From sequence record SRR31156797_4029: a stretch of 39,784 bases of DNA; one strand, 5' to 3'. The translations under genes were made by a program, and so were the position numbers. The first letter of the stretch is position 1; each line of letters starts with the position of its first letter. This document shows positions 18,956 through 30,290 of the stretch, piece by piece. The notes beneath the pieces are model-generated. The model worked only from the letters and a program-made list of their open reading frames with translations. It made no database searches and was not told the DNA's origin.

Positions 18956-19819
18956 TTACTGATCCAAGTCTTTGACACACCGAAACCCTAAATTATTGGC
19001 TGCCGACATCCCAGAATTACCATTTCTAGCGGCAATTCGGTATCGTTTGCAATAGGATTCATGGCACAAAAATGAACCGCCGCGAGTCGCATACAGTTGA
19101 TCATCTTGTGTTTGATTCCTTATCCAAAAGGTTTGTCCCGTCTGTTGTTGAAACTGCGTCAACGGGATGCGGGCAGGATTGACGCACCATTCCCAGACGT
19201 TGCCGATCACTTGATAGAGACCAAAGCCATTGGGCTCATACCATTTCGCAGGCGCTGTATTGGCGAAGCCGTCTGCTCGCGTGTTGCTTTTTGGAAACTC
19301 GCCTTGCCAAATATTGCAATGATAGGTATTTTCTGCCAAAAATTCCCTTCCCCAAGGATATTTTTCAAAAGTTGTCCCGCCTTTTGCAGCGATCTCCCAC
19401 TCTGCTTCTGTCGGGAGGCGTTTTTTTGCCCATTGGCAATAGGCGATCGCATCGTTGCGAGACACCTGAACCACTGGGTGATCCATCCGCTGGGCAATCG
19501 TTGAATCAGGTCCTTCAGGATGACGCCAATCTGCGCCACTAACTGTGTACCACCAAGCCATATTCGGTATCTTTTGACTGCGGTGTTTCGTTTGCTCACT
19601 TAAAAAATAGTGAAAAACGAACGACCAGCCAAAGCGCTCGGCTTCTGTGACATATCCTGTTGCTTCCACAAAAACTTGGAAAGCTTGGTTCGTCACCGTC
19701 GTGGCATCAATGGCAAATGCTGGGCTGTCGAGGCTGATTTGCGGTCCCTCAAGATCCTCGGCAAAGCCGTCCATCGTATTCGTGCCGATTCGATAAGTTC
19801 CTGCTGGAATCGTGGGCAT
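18956..19819 (-). CDS. Formylglycine-generating enzyme (FGE/SUMF1, aerobic sulfatase maturase)
   Basis: HPVVQVS, RLPTEAEWE, GNVWEW, catalytic RGGSFLCHESYCKRYR with both Cys, NLGFRC. Confidence 0.92.
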   Translation of the reverse strand: MPTIPAGTYRIGTNTMDGFAEDLEGPQISLDSPAFAIDATTVTNQAFQVFVEATGYVTEAERFGWSFVFHYFLSEQTKHRSQKIPNMAWWYTVSGADWRHPEGPDSTIAQRMDHPVVQVSRNDAIAYCQWAKKRLPTEAEWEIAAKGGTTFEKYPWGREFLAENTYHCNIWQGEFPKSNTRADGFANTAPAKWYEPNGFGLYQVIGNVWEWCVNPARIPLTQFQQQTGQTFWIRNQTQDDQLYATRGGSFLCHESYCKRYRIAARNGNSGMSAANNLGFRCVKDLDQ

Positions 19820-19834
19820 CTGTTTGCCTCCTTT

Positions 19835-20611
19835 TTACAATAATTGATAGCCATTGTACAGATTGATCAGTAACACCAGCACGATCACGGTTTGGAATAC
19901 CAGTGTCACTCGCTGCGGTGACAGGACGTTGCTGGCCTTGGCGCCTAATAGTCCTCCCACGATCGCGGCTGGAATAACAAACCACAAAATTTGCAGATCA
20001 TACGCACCAAAACCTGTCGAAAAAGCGATCGTCAAAATTTTTGCCAGCTGCGAGAAAAAAATCGTACAAATTGAATAAATCGTCGCCTCTTTGATCGGCA
20101 TGGCAAACAGCAACATCAATAAAGAAACATTGATGGGTCCGCCGCCGATCCCCAGCAAACTGGCTAGAAAACCGAGAATCAAACCACAAGCTGCATACCA
20201 GCCGACTTTTTCCAACGCAAACCCGCGCCAGTTATATTTTGTATACAAAAAAGCAAACAATAGTGACAGCACGGTCACAAGGATTTGGATCAGCTGAACC
20301 ATCTTGTCGTCTCGAAAAACCAGCAATAGCTGTTCAAAGGCAACATTGCCTAAAACACCGCCTAACACAGCACCACCAGAAACCCACAAGGCAATCGACC
20401 AATTGATTTTCCGTCCACTGGCTAATTGTCTAGCTGTCGAAACGATAGACATCGTGAAGACAGCTGTCGCCGAGTAAAAAGAGATCGCAGCAACAGAATG
20501 GGCGCCGATAAAATCGAAAATCGGTTTGATCAATACACCACCACCCATGCCGGAAACTGCACCTACGGCATTTGCTAAGACGATCACGAGAAAATAAATC
20601 AATCCGATCAT
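19835..20611 (-). CDS. TauE/SafE-family sulfur-compound (sulfite) exporter
   Basis: Duplicated G(M/I)GGG motifs (SGMGGG, LGIGGG), about 8 TMs, 258 aa. Overlaps the upstream stop (ATGA). Confidence 0.85.
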   Translation of the reverse strand: MIGLIYFLVIVLANAVGAVSGMGGGVLIKPIFDFIGAHSVAAISFYSATAVFTMSIVSTARQLASGRKINWSIALWVSGGAVLGGVLGNVAFEQLLLVFRDDKMVQLIQILVTVLSLLFAFLYTKYNWRGFALEKVGWYAACGLILGFLASLLGIGGGPINVSLLMLLFAMPIKEATIYSICTIFFSQLAKILTIAFSTGFGAYDLQILWFVIPAAIVGGLLGAKASNVLSPQRVTLVFQTVIVLVLLINLYNGYQLL

Positions 20612-21720
20612 TGTCTCACCCCTTGCAACAGCCCCAATATCTCATTGATTCTGGGTGTGAAGTCTTTTAACAGCTCCTGATAGCCGCAAAACCCCTCACT
20701 ATCCACGTACATTGCATCTTTCATTCGTTTACAGCCTCCTCGGCACATTTTTTGGAAAGGACATTGCGTACACTTCGAAGGCATGTCTTTTTTCTGGCAC
20801 AAAAACTGCTGCGAACAGTCTTGAGAAAACAATTCCCGCAACGTTTGCTCTTGGATATAGCCCATGCGAAACTCATCTAATACATAGAAGTCACAAGGAT
20901 AGACACTGCCGTCGGCTTCGATCACATACTGCACTTGGCAGTTGCCTAGAATCCCACAGGCAGTTACTTGCTGCCGCACCAATAGATTTAGTAAATCATC
21001 GAACAGCTTAATACTTAGGTAGCGCCCTTGTGTCAATTCCTGCAGCCAAAACGCCAACAGCTGCTGATAAAAGTGCGCAAAGCTTCTTGGTGTCAAGGCA
21101 TAGTCGTTCGTTGACGTGGCATCCAAATCAGCCAAACAAGGAATGAACTGCGCAAAGGCAATCTGCTCTTCCTTGAGAAAATCAAACACACGCTGGGCTT
21201 CCTTTGCTAATGGATTTGTCAACACGCACAAGACATTGTACTCGATCTGATAGGCGTCCAATAATCGCTTGGTCTGCAAAACCCGCGCAAAGGTCCCCCG
21301 CCCTTTGGCGTCTAATCGATGCCGATCGTGCGCAAGCGGATGCCCATCGATCGACAGCCCGACTAAAAAGCGATACTCTTTCAAAAAACGACACCATTTA
21401 TCATTGATCACCATGCCGTTGGTCTGGATCGCATAGTGTACTGTCACTCGCTTTTTTTGCGCCGCAACATAAGCCGTTAGTTTTCTAAAATAACTCAGCC
21501 CTGCCATCGTCGGCTCTCCGCCTTGAAATGCCAACGTCAAATGATCGCCAGCTTCTAAGTCTGCATAGATGTTTGCAATCATCTTTTCCATTACACCCTC
21601 TTTCATTTTGCCAAAGGAACGCACTTCGCGCAAGGAACTGACGTTGGCATAAAAGCAATAGGTGCAGCGCAGATTGCAAAGATAGGATGCTGGCTTGATC
21701 AATACGGAGATATGTTTCAT
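20608..21720 (-). CDS. Anaerobic sulfatase-maturating enzyme (radical SAM/SPASM, anSME)
   Basis: IKPAS..CNLRCTYC, FQGGEP, QTNG, SIDG, EADGSVYPCDF and SPASM CTQC...CRGGC motifs. Confidence 0.93.
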   Translation of the reverse strand: MKHISVLIKPASYLCNLRCTYCFYANVSSLREVRSFGKMKEGVMEKMIANIYADLEAGDHLTLAFQGGEPTMAGLSYFRKLTAYVAAQKKRVTVHYAIQTNGMVINDKWCRFLKEYRFLVGLSIDGHPLAHDRHRLDAKGRGTFARVLQTKRLLDAYQIEYNVLCVLTNPLAKEAQRVFDFLKEEQIAFAQFIPCLADLDATSTNDYALTPRSFAHFYQQLLAFWLQELTQGRYLSIKLFDDLLNLLVRQQVTACGILGNCQVQYVIEADGSVYPCDFYVLDEFRMGYIQEQTLRELFSQDCSQQFLCQKKDMPSKCTQCPFQKMCRGGCKRMKDAMYVDSEGFCGYQELLKDFTPRINEILGLLQGVRQ

Positions 21721-21749
21721 GTGGAGGCCTCGATTCTTTTTTTACTTTT

Positions 21750-23237
21750 TTAGCGTTTGTCGCGTTTCATCGGAACAAAATCAGTCGTTTCCATATAAAA
21801 ACGAGTAACGCGTTGTTTCATTTTCTCGACAATTTCGGCGTATGCTTTTTCTAGCGCCAAATTCTTGATTTCCATCGGGTCTTTTTCCAAATCATATAGT
21901 TCGTCATGCTCATAAAGACGCATCACATATTTATAGTTTCCCATCTTGCACATAACTGCTTTTGTATGTTCCGGACCTTCGCTATACTGTGTCGCAAGCC
22001 GCGGCCAATACGGAGATTTCGGTCCATGCCCCAGCTCCATCGCTTGTGTCTCCCCATGAGTGCGTCCGCCTTCGCAAAAAACAGCATCTTTGTGCTCTTC
22101 GGCTCCTTTGATCACAGGAACCAAGGATTTTCCAAATTGTGTATAGGAAAGATCAAACTCAGCCATTTCGGCGATCGTTGCTGGTAAATCTAGCAGTTCC
22201 GCTTGTGCTTTGGTGATTCGCGGCACACTTTCAATCGTTTTAGCAGGTTTGATGACCAATGGGACATTCGTGATCGGCTCTTCAAAACAGTTTTGGACTT
22301 TTTCAGTGATCGTGTAGTCACCAGTATAGTCCCCATGATCACTGAAAACAATGAGGTTTGTCTCATCATAAAAGCCTGTTTCACGCAGCTTCTCTTTGAT
22401 CATGCCCAGTTGATGATCAAAGCGCGAAACCATTGCTAAATAGGTGGCGCGTAATTCATCAAAGCGCTCTTCTGTCCAACCGTTCAAATTCTGTTTCTCA
22501 TTGATGCCATACAGCATTGAGGCTTTGTTAGGAATATCTTTGATGTTCGGTCGGCGTTTCGGCAGTTTCTGACGATCAATACTCGAATACCATGGATCTT
22601 CGCAAGCATAGGGTGGATGTGGGAATGAGATCGTACAATAAACGAAAAATGGTTTGTCTGTCTTTTCCTGACTGCGACGTTCAAGATAGTCCAACGCCTT
22701 TTTCACACAATTCCAATCCGTTTTGCCATAACCCTCACTATCTGGTAATTTTCCCATATAAAATGAATAATACGTATCTCCTGAAAGCATCTGGTCGTAT
22801 AGCTGTTTACTGGCTTCGTTCATATCGGCGGAATGATTGACTTCACTGTTTTGTGCATCCCGAGTGTTTTCGTCTACCACACCGTCATAATATTCATCAC
22901 AATAGTCTGTTTTTGGTTTATCTCCCGGAACCACATCATTTCTGCCGATCCAGATGACTTCATAGCCTTGATTCTTCATTTCTTTCAAAATATTGGGTTC
23001 ATCTTCTCTTTGCAAATAGTGCATCGTTCGATGCCCATTGACATGTGGATAAAAACCCGTCAGAAAACTATTTCTAGAAGGCACACAGACGGGGTTTTGG
23101 CAGTAGGCATTTTCAAATGAAACCCCTTCTTCTGCCAGTTCATCAAAGTTAGGGGTGATTGATGCGGGATTCCCCATATGTGCGAGTGCGTCATTTCTCA
23201 TCTGATCTGCTACGAATAAAAAGATATTTTTTTTCAA
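21750..23237 (-). CDS. Cys-type sulfatase (formylglycine-dependent), cytoplasmic
   Basis: N-terminal ADQ metal ligands, CVPSRNSFLTG (CxPxR), PHPP, SDHGD, ELYDLEKDP. No signal peptide. TTG start after AGGAGG. Confidence 0.92.
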   Translation of the reverse strand: MKKNIFLFVADQMRNDALAHMGNPASITPNFDELAEEGVSFENAYCQNPVCVPSRNSFLTGFYPHVNGHRTMHYLQREDEPNILKEMKNQGYEVIWIGRNDVVPGDKPKTDYCDEYYDGVVDENTRDAQNSEVNHSADMNEASKQLYDQMLSGDTYYSFYMGKLPDSEGYGKTDWNCVKKALDYLERRSQEKTDKPFFVYCTISFPHPPYACEDPWYSSIDRQKLPKRRPNIKDIPNKASMLYGINEKQNLNGWTEERFDELRATYLAMVSRFDHQLGMIKEKLRETGFYDETNLIVFSDHGDYTGDYTITEKVQNCFEEPITNVPLVIKPAKTIESVPRITKAQAELLDLPATIAEMAEFDLSYTQFGKSLVPVIKGAEEHKDAVFCEGGRTHGETQAMELGHGPKSPYWPRLATQYSEGPEHTKAVMCKMGNYKYVMRLYEHDELYDLEKDPMEIKNLALEKAYAEIVEKMKQRVTRFYMETTDFVPMKRDKR

Positions 23238-23250
23238 CTTGTCTTTCCTC

Positions 23251-25296
<2,046 letters not shown>

Positions 25297-26118
25297 TTAT
25301 TGATCGATCAATTTTTGTACATGAAGCGTTAAATACAATTGTTCATCGTCATATAATGTTTTATTTAAATATTCGCCAATCAAACGGGTGGTTTCATAGG
25401 CTTTAGGATATTTATCAATCACGTGGACTAACAGAGGATTCCCGACGCCTTCAACGATTTCCTTGTTTTCAATCCGTTTAAAAAAGAATCTCAAATGGGT
25501 GACGAAGCGATCGAAAGCTAAACTATTCTCATCAATGTGCACACGATTGTGAATACGAATAAGTGAAATAATGTCTTTGATTTTTTGTGTCAGCAATTCG
25601 ATATCTTCCATCTTCTCTGAATCGTCATTGATTTGCGCATTAATAAAATGCATGGCGATATTACTGATCTCTGCCTCATTTAGGGAGAATTGCGTTTTGC
25701 TTTCAATCAATCGAACCGCATGCTCTCCTACTGCATACTCGTTGGGATAGAAACGCTTGATTTCCCAAGTCAAGCGATTGTTGATGCTGATCCCTTCTTC
25801 TTTCAAGCGAATCAAATTATAGATGTGATCCGTCAAAGAGATGTAAATGGAATCACTTAATTGGTAGGAAATGACTTGCTTTCCATAACGGATAATATCA
25901 TCCGCAAGAGACGCATATTGGATTGGAATGTTCTCTAGCAATTCCATCAAACGATCAGAGGATTTCTTATGAAGCACAAACACTTTTTCAATTTTTGATT
26001 CATCGGCGGTTTGTCCTGGTTTCATTTTGAAGCCAAGGCCGGTACCGATCCAGATAAAATCTTTGCCATCTTGTCCGACCAAAACTGCATTGTTGTTTAA
26101 GATTTTTTTGATCTTCAA
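25297..26118 (-). CDS. BglG/LicT-family transcriptional antiterminator
   Basis: CAT domain KIKKILNNNAV...GTGLGF, four PRD histidines (LTDHI, IAMHF, FVTHL, LTLHV). TTG 26118 follows AAGGAGGTGA. Confidence 0.93.
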   Translation of the reverse strand: MKIKKILNNNAVLVGQDGKDFIWIGTGLGFKMKPGQTADESKIEKVFVLHKKSSDRLMELLENIPIQYASLADDIIRYGKQVISYQLSDSIYISLTDHIYNLIRLKEEGISINNRLTWEIKRFYPNEYAVGEHAVRLIESKTQFSLNEAEISNIAMHFINAQINDDSEKMEDIELLTQKIKDIISLIRIHNRVHIDENSLAFDRFVTHLRFFFKRIENKEIVEGVGNPLLVHVIDKYPKAYETTRLIGEYLNKTLYDDEQLYLTLHVQKLIDQ

Positions 26119-26142
26119 GACGCTTCTCACCTCCTTAAAATG

Positions 26143-26202
26143 AAAAAAGGCGATACCTTAATACATGTGTAGGATCCATACACACGTAAAAAGGTATAGC
26201 CT
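26143..26202 (-). terminator. Leader attenuator terminator overlapping RAT 1
   Basis: Minus strand AGGCTATACCTT...AAGGTATCGCCTTTTTT with an inner TGTGTA/TACACA stem. Confidence 0.85.
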
Positions 26203-26221
26203 GCATTATCAGTAACTACCC
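26193..26221 (-). promoter_or_regulatory. RAT upstream of the antiterminator gene
   Basis: Minus strand GGGTAGTTACTGATAATGCAGGCTATACC. Confidence 0.88.
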
Positions 26222-26235
26222 ATTTGATTGCCTTT

Positions 26236-26273
26236 ACTATACTATTTTTCTAGAAACGTTGCAAGCGTTTTAT
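26236..26273 (-). promoter_or_regulatory. SigA promoter of the sulfatase operon with a cre-like site over the -35
   Basis: Minus strand TTGCAA-17 nt-TATAGT (26264..26236). Plus strand TGCAAGCGTTTTAT (26260..26273) is a 2-mismatch cre. Confidence 0.7.
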
Positions 26274-26333
26274 TGATTTTTCTTTTTTTCGCTTCGTTTT
26301 GAATAGACGCAGATCAGCCTTTCTCCAAACTGT

Positions 26334-27647
26334 TCACTGATCCAGCAAACGGCTTTGCCCTTCGATTTTTTGGATCTCCGTAATGTCTTGCGTGACTTCT
26401 AGACAACCTAAATAGATGCCTGCTTCGTTTTTTAATGCAAAATAGCGAATATAGATTTTACGGCCCCGCATATCGATCCAAAATTCAGCAGTCTCCCGTG
26501 TGCCCGCTCGAAAATCATCCAAAATCTGCTGCACGAGATGCATGCTTTTCGGTGGATGGCAGTTGACGACTTCACGGCCTAAAACCGAATTCGTTCGTGG
26601 AAAGACGCGACTCTTGCCTTCTGAATAAAAGCGCACCCGCTCTTCACTATCTACAAAGGTCAAGTCCACTGGCAACGTTTGAAAAATCGCCACCAATTGT
26701 TCAAATTGCAAATTACCAGTAGGCAATGAGAGGGTCGGCTGTTCAGCAATTTGCGGCGAATTTTCCGTTTCTATGACTTGAAATTCATCGAATCCTAAAC
26801 CGGCTGCGATGCCGGCGGTTGTTTCTTGGGCTTGTTTGATCGCCGCTTGCCTTGCGGGTTCTGCCGCCTGTTCCTTTTCAAGAGCTTCTTGGCTCGGTTT
26901 CCAAGGAAGCGGTTCTGGAATAAAGGCAAAGCCGATGTCTAAACTGTCAGCCGCAATTTGTTCCCAATCTTTAAGACTGAAGACATCCAGCGTCATTGGC
27001 ACCATGATTTCTTCTTCTTTGAAAATCATCTCTTCGATTTCGTTTTTGACCGCTTCCCATTGGACAGCAATCGGATTATAGGCAGTTTTTTCGGAAGCCA
27101 AAAGCTCATTGAGCGCTTTGATCATGACCCGAATATTATCATCGACACCCCACATCACTTTTGGCGGTGCAGTGATGCCGTACTTCTCCATGTAAGAAAA
27201 AATCAACGTTTCTTTTCGCGCATAATGTTTGTCGATCTGCATTAAATCATTGCAGGCAGCTTTTAGACGCTTTTTAGGCGTCCAATCACCGGTTTTTATT
27301 TTAGCTAAGAGGCTATCGATCTCATCGGTCAACAAGGATTGCAGGACTTGGTTCTCCAATTTCAGAGTATGCACAGGATGGCCTGGTTGCCCATATTCTT
27401 CATTGGAGTGATGGATCTCATTGATCGATCCTTTAAAAACAGCAGCATGAATATTGCACAAACGCTGAATCTCAGAAGGGTCCAACCCCGTTTGGATCAA
27501 AGCTTTTTCAGCAGCAGTGATCTCCGTCACATCCACACCATCAAATTCTTCGTTAAACAAGCGTTTAGCTTCTTCAAAGGAACCGCCTTGGTGAAGCAAA
27601 CTCAGTATTTCGACGATCCGTTCTTGTCTTTGACTGTTAGTTTTCAT
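26334..27647 (-). CDS. DUF438 / hemerythrin-like / PAS domain protein
   Basis: EIQRLCNIHA, GHPVHT, HYARKE, PPKVMWGVDD, MIFKEE and C-terminal PAS (DLTFVD, VVNCHPPKS, LEVTQDIT). Start MKTNSQ coupled to the DUF1858 stop. Confidence 0.85.
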   Translation of the reverse strand: MKTNSQRQERIVEILSLLHQGGSFEEAKRLFNEEFDGVDVTEITAAEKALIQTGLDPSEIQRLCNIHAAVFKGSINEIHHSNEEYGQPGHPVHTLKLENQVLQSLLTDEIDSLLAKIKTGDWTPKKRLKAACNDLMQIDKHYARKETLIFSYMEKYGITAPPKVMWGVDDNIRVMIKALNELLASEKTAYNPIAVQWEAVKNEIEEMIFKEEEIMVPMTLDVFSLKDWEQIAADSLDIGFAFIPEPLPWKPSQEALEKEQAAEPARQAAIKQAQETTAGIAAGLGFDEFQVIETENSPQIAEQPTLSLPTGNLQFEQLVAIFQTLPVDLTFVDSEERVRFYSEGKSRVFPRTNSVLGREVVNCHPPKSMHLVQQILDDFRAGTRETAEFWIDMRGRKIYIRYFALKNEAGIYLGCLEVTQDITEIQKIEGQSRLLDQ

Positions 27648-27877
27648 TTCGTCGCTCCTTTCACAAGAAACCCTTGTTTTTCGAAAGCGAGACAAACCCT
27701 TTCCAAGGGGATCTTCTTCATCTGAGCCCCTTTGGGAATCGTCATGTAACGTCCAGCAGTTTGTAGCATCCCTGGTTGATTGATCGCCGTAAACCCTATT
27801 TTACTCATGATTTCTTGTATTTCAGGGTATTGTGCCACAAGTTCATAGAGCGTTTTTGACAGATCGATTTCTTTCAT
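27644..27877 (-). CDS. DUF1858 domain protein
   Basis: IDLSKTLYELV.QYPE...GF...MTIPKGA...GF pattern, 77 aa, typical partner of DUF438. Confidence 0.8.
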   Translation of the reverse strand: MKEIDLSKTLYELVAQYPEIQEIMSKIGFTAINQPGMLQTAGRYMTIPKGAQMKKIPLERVCLAFEKQGFLVKGATK

Positions 27878-27896
27878 AGTAAGGTCTTCCTTTCAG

Positions 27897-27911
27897 TGAG
27901 AATGATTCTCA
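27897..27911. promoter_or_regulatory. Fur-family box (perfect 7-1-7)
   Basis: TGAGAAT-G-ATTCTCA between a TATACT -10 (27930..27925) and the RBS of the DUF1858 gene. Confidence 0.75.
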
Positions 27912-27990
27912 ATAAGATATCCTTAGTATAAATCATTTTGTTCAAAAATACACGAACTGCCGCAAACATTTATCAATCGATCATTCTTTT

Positions 27991-28725
27991 CTAAGATTGT
28001 CGGTAACGGCACACCACTTTTTCCAACCAATCGATACTGGCAAAAAGCAGATAGCCCATCAAAGCAATCAGGAGGATACCCGAAAGCATTTGTGGGTAGT
28101 CCATTTTTGACCACGCACTTAAGATCAGATAGCCGACACCATACGTCGTGTTATAGTTTTCGGCAAAAAAGAGGGAAGCCAACGCGATCCCGATACTGAC
28201 CCGCACACTGGCAAAAAGTGCTGGCATGAGCGCGGGCAAAATAACGAAGCGCAAGACATGGTGCCATTGGTTGGTATAATTTTTCATGACCTGAAAATAC
28301 GCTGGTGGGATCTTCGTGACTGCATCACGAATCGAGACGATCACTTGAATGACGATCACCGCAAAAATCAAGAGAATTTTTGAGAGATTGCCTAAGCCAA
28401 AGAAAATCATAAAGACAGGTAAAAACGCAACTTTAGGAATCGGATATAAAAAGTAAAGCAGTGGACCAAGCAGCCGATCCACTCTTTGGGATCGCCCAAT
28501 CAAGATTCCTAACGGCACCCCGACTAGCAACGCCCCACTCAACGCCGCAAATACCCGCAGCAAACTGGCACCTGTGTGGATCAGTAAGACTTCTCGCAGT
28601 GCCCAAAAACGTTCGGCCGTTTCTAAAGGATTAGGCAGTGAGCGATTGTTGGTCACCCAGCTTACGCCCCACCAAACCACGACAAACGAACAGAAGCCCC
28701 AAGCAAAAGATTTGATGGGTTTCAT
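27991..28725 (-). CDS. NitT/TauT (SsuC-like) ABC transporter permease
   Basis: LPNP, YPIPKVAFLP, VILPALMP, AEN...GVGY motifs. Confidence 0.88.
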   Translation of the reverse strand: MKPIKSFAWGFCSFVVVWWGVSWVTNNRSLPNPLETAERFWALREVLLIHTGASLLRVFAALSGALLVGVPLGILIGRSQRVDRLLGPLLYFLYPIPKVAFLPVFMIFFGLGNLSKILLIFAVIVIQVIVSIRDAVTKIPPAYFQVMKNYTNQWHHVLRFVILPALMPALFASVRVSIGIALASLFFAENYNTTYGVGYLILSAWSKMDYPQMLSGILLIALMGYLLFASIDWLEKVVCRYRQS

Positions 28726-29441
28726 TGCCTCGCCTCCCTCATTTGTTCTTTCAACTGCAAGACGACTTCATAAAAAGCCAACGAGTCTCGTTCCAGCTGG
28801 CTGCCGTAAAATGGATTACTGATCGGCGTAACGTCCTGATCTTTTAGCAACAAAATCGTCTGCCCCAAAAACACTGCCTCTTCTGGATCGTGGGTCACCA
28901 CGATTAAGCTGTTTTGTCTGCGCTGCTGTTGAGCAGCGATCATGGCTTGTGCGTTTGCTTTGGTTTCTTGGTCCAGTGAAGCAGTCGGCTCATCCAATAA
29001 TAAAACATCGGGCTGTGTGATCAGTCCCCGCCCCATGGCAGCCCGCTGTTTTTGACCGCCGCTAAGCTGATGTGGATAGCGGTCCTGCACCTGCGTCAAT
29101 CCCAACTCCGCCAAACAGCTTGTGACCCGTTTTTTACGGCTCTCACTGGGTGTTTGATTGATAAGCAGCGGCATTTCCAGTACTTGGTAAACTGTTTGCC
29201 AAGGAAACAAATGCAGTTCTTGGAAAACGACCTCGATGTTGTCAGGGGAACAGCCTTGGTAAGTGATCGTGCCTGATTGCGGTCGCTGCAACCCTTTGAT
29301 CAAGGATAAAAGCGTGCTTTTGCCAATCCCCGATTCTCCCAGCAGCACATAGGTCGTTCCTTGTTCAAAACAAAACGAAAGATCCTTAAAAATGACGGTT
29401 TCCCCATACGTAAAGGAAACGGAATCGAATCGAATACTCAT
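28722..29441 (-). CDS. NitT/TauT ABC transporter ATP-binding protein
   Basis: Walker A GESGIGKST, YPHQLSGGQKQR, LLLDEP, VTHDPEEA. Start MSIRF after GAAAGAAG. Confidence 0.92.
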   Translation of the reverse strand: MSIRFDSVSFTYGETVIFKDLSFCFEQGTTYVLLGESGIGKSTLLSLIKGLQRPQSGTITYQGCSPDNIEVVFQELHLFPWQTVYQVLEMPLLINQTPSESRKKRVTSCLAELGLTQVQDRYPHQLSGGQKQRAAMGRGLITQPDVLLLDEPTASLDQETKANAQAMIAAQQQRRQNSLIVVTHDPEEAVFLGQTILLLKDQDVTPISNPFYGSQLERDSLAFYEVVLQLKEQMREARQ

Positions 29442-29470
29442 CAGAGAATAAACTTCTTTCTTAAAATTAT

Positions 29471-29501
29471 TTGTGTTGGTTTTCACATTTTATGCTATAC
29501 T
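29471..29501 (+). promoter_or_regulatory. Rex- or Crp/ArcR-like site plus extended -10 in the divergent promoter
   Basis: TTGTGTT-GGTT-TTCACAT (29471..29488) resembles TTGTGAA-N4-TTCACAA and TGTGA-N6-TCACA. TGcTATACT at 29493..29501. Confidence 0.45.
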
Positions 29502-29534
29502 ATTTTTTGCGTGATTGACAAGAAAGGATGGTTT

Positions 29535-30290
29535 ATGATGTTTCAGACCCTCGTATTTCATGAAATACGTCCCGAAGCAGAACTTTATGATCAGGTGCGC
29601 CCGATCAAAGTCGCAGACGGCTATCAAGATGCCTTGCCTCTGCCCTTATTCAATAGCACTTCTCATTTTAAACAACAAATCGACTTTTTGAAAGCAGAAA
29701 ATTACCATACGTTGACCCTTGCAGAAGTCAAAGATTTTTATTTCCGGCAGCAGCCGCTACCAGAAAAATCCGTGTTGCTGACCTTTGACGACTGTTATCA
29801 ATCAATGAAAGAATATGCCTACCCACTGTTGAAGGAAGCTGGTTTCAAGGCCACTGCCTTTGTCGTGACCGGCTGGCTTTTTGATGCCCCTCAGCCTTAC
29901 GAACCAGAAGTTTCGCGGACATTGAGCAGTGCCGAATTAGCCGAAATGAGCGATGTCTTCGAATATGCCAATCATACCGCTCATTTTCACGAACGCAAGA
30001 ACCAGCAAGGGCGGTCAATGTGGGAAACACCGGCAGCCTTTGCGCAAGACTTACGAAGCTGCAATCAGCACGTGGCCATCAAGGATGTTTTTGCCTATCC
30101 CTTTGGCTTTTATGATCAGCAGACGATCGCAACACTAGAAAATGAAGGCTTTGTTCTGGCATTTACAACCAAACCAGGCATCAATACGACAAAAACCAAG
30201 CCAATGGAACTCCATCGGGCAGTCATCCCGTTCTCACTACCAATGGCTGCTTTTGAACAACGATTTAGAAACGAGGAAATGAACCAATGA
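29535..30290 (+). CDS. Polysaccharide deacetylase family (CE4) protein, cytoplasmic
   Basis: LLTFDDCY, ANHTAHFH, FAYPFG motifs. No signal peptide. RBS GAAAGGA. Confidence 0.88.
   Translation: MMFQTLVFHEIRPEAELYDQVRPIKVADGYQDALPLPLFNSTSHFKQQIDFLKAENYHTLTLAEVKDFYFRQQPLPEKSVLLTFDDCYQSMKEYAYPLLKEAGFKATAFVVTGWLFDAPQPYEPEVSRTLSSAELAEMSDVFEYANHTAHFHERKNQQGRSMWETPAAFAQDLRSCNQHVAIKDVFAYPFGFYDQQTIATLENEGFVLAFTTKPGINTTKTKPMELHRAVIPFSLPMAAFEQRFRNEEMNQ

Noticed and set aside
20608-21720. Radical SAM/SPASM enzyme as a RiPP maturase
   Set aside because: It is adjacent to a CxPxR sulfatase, has anSME-type motifs, and no precursor peptide ORF is nearby.
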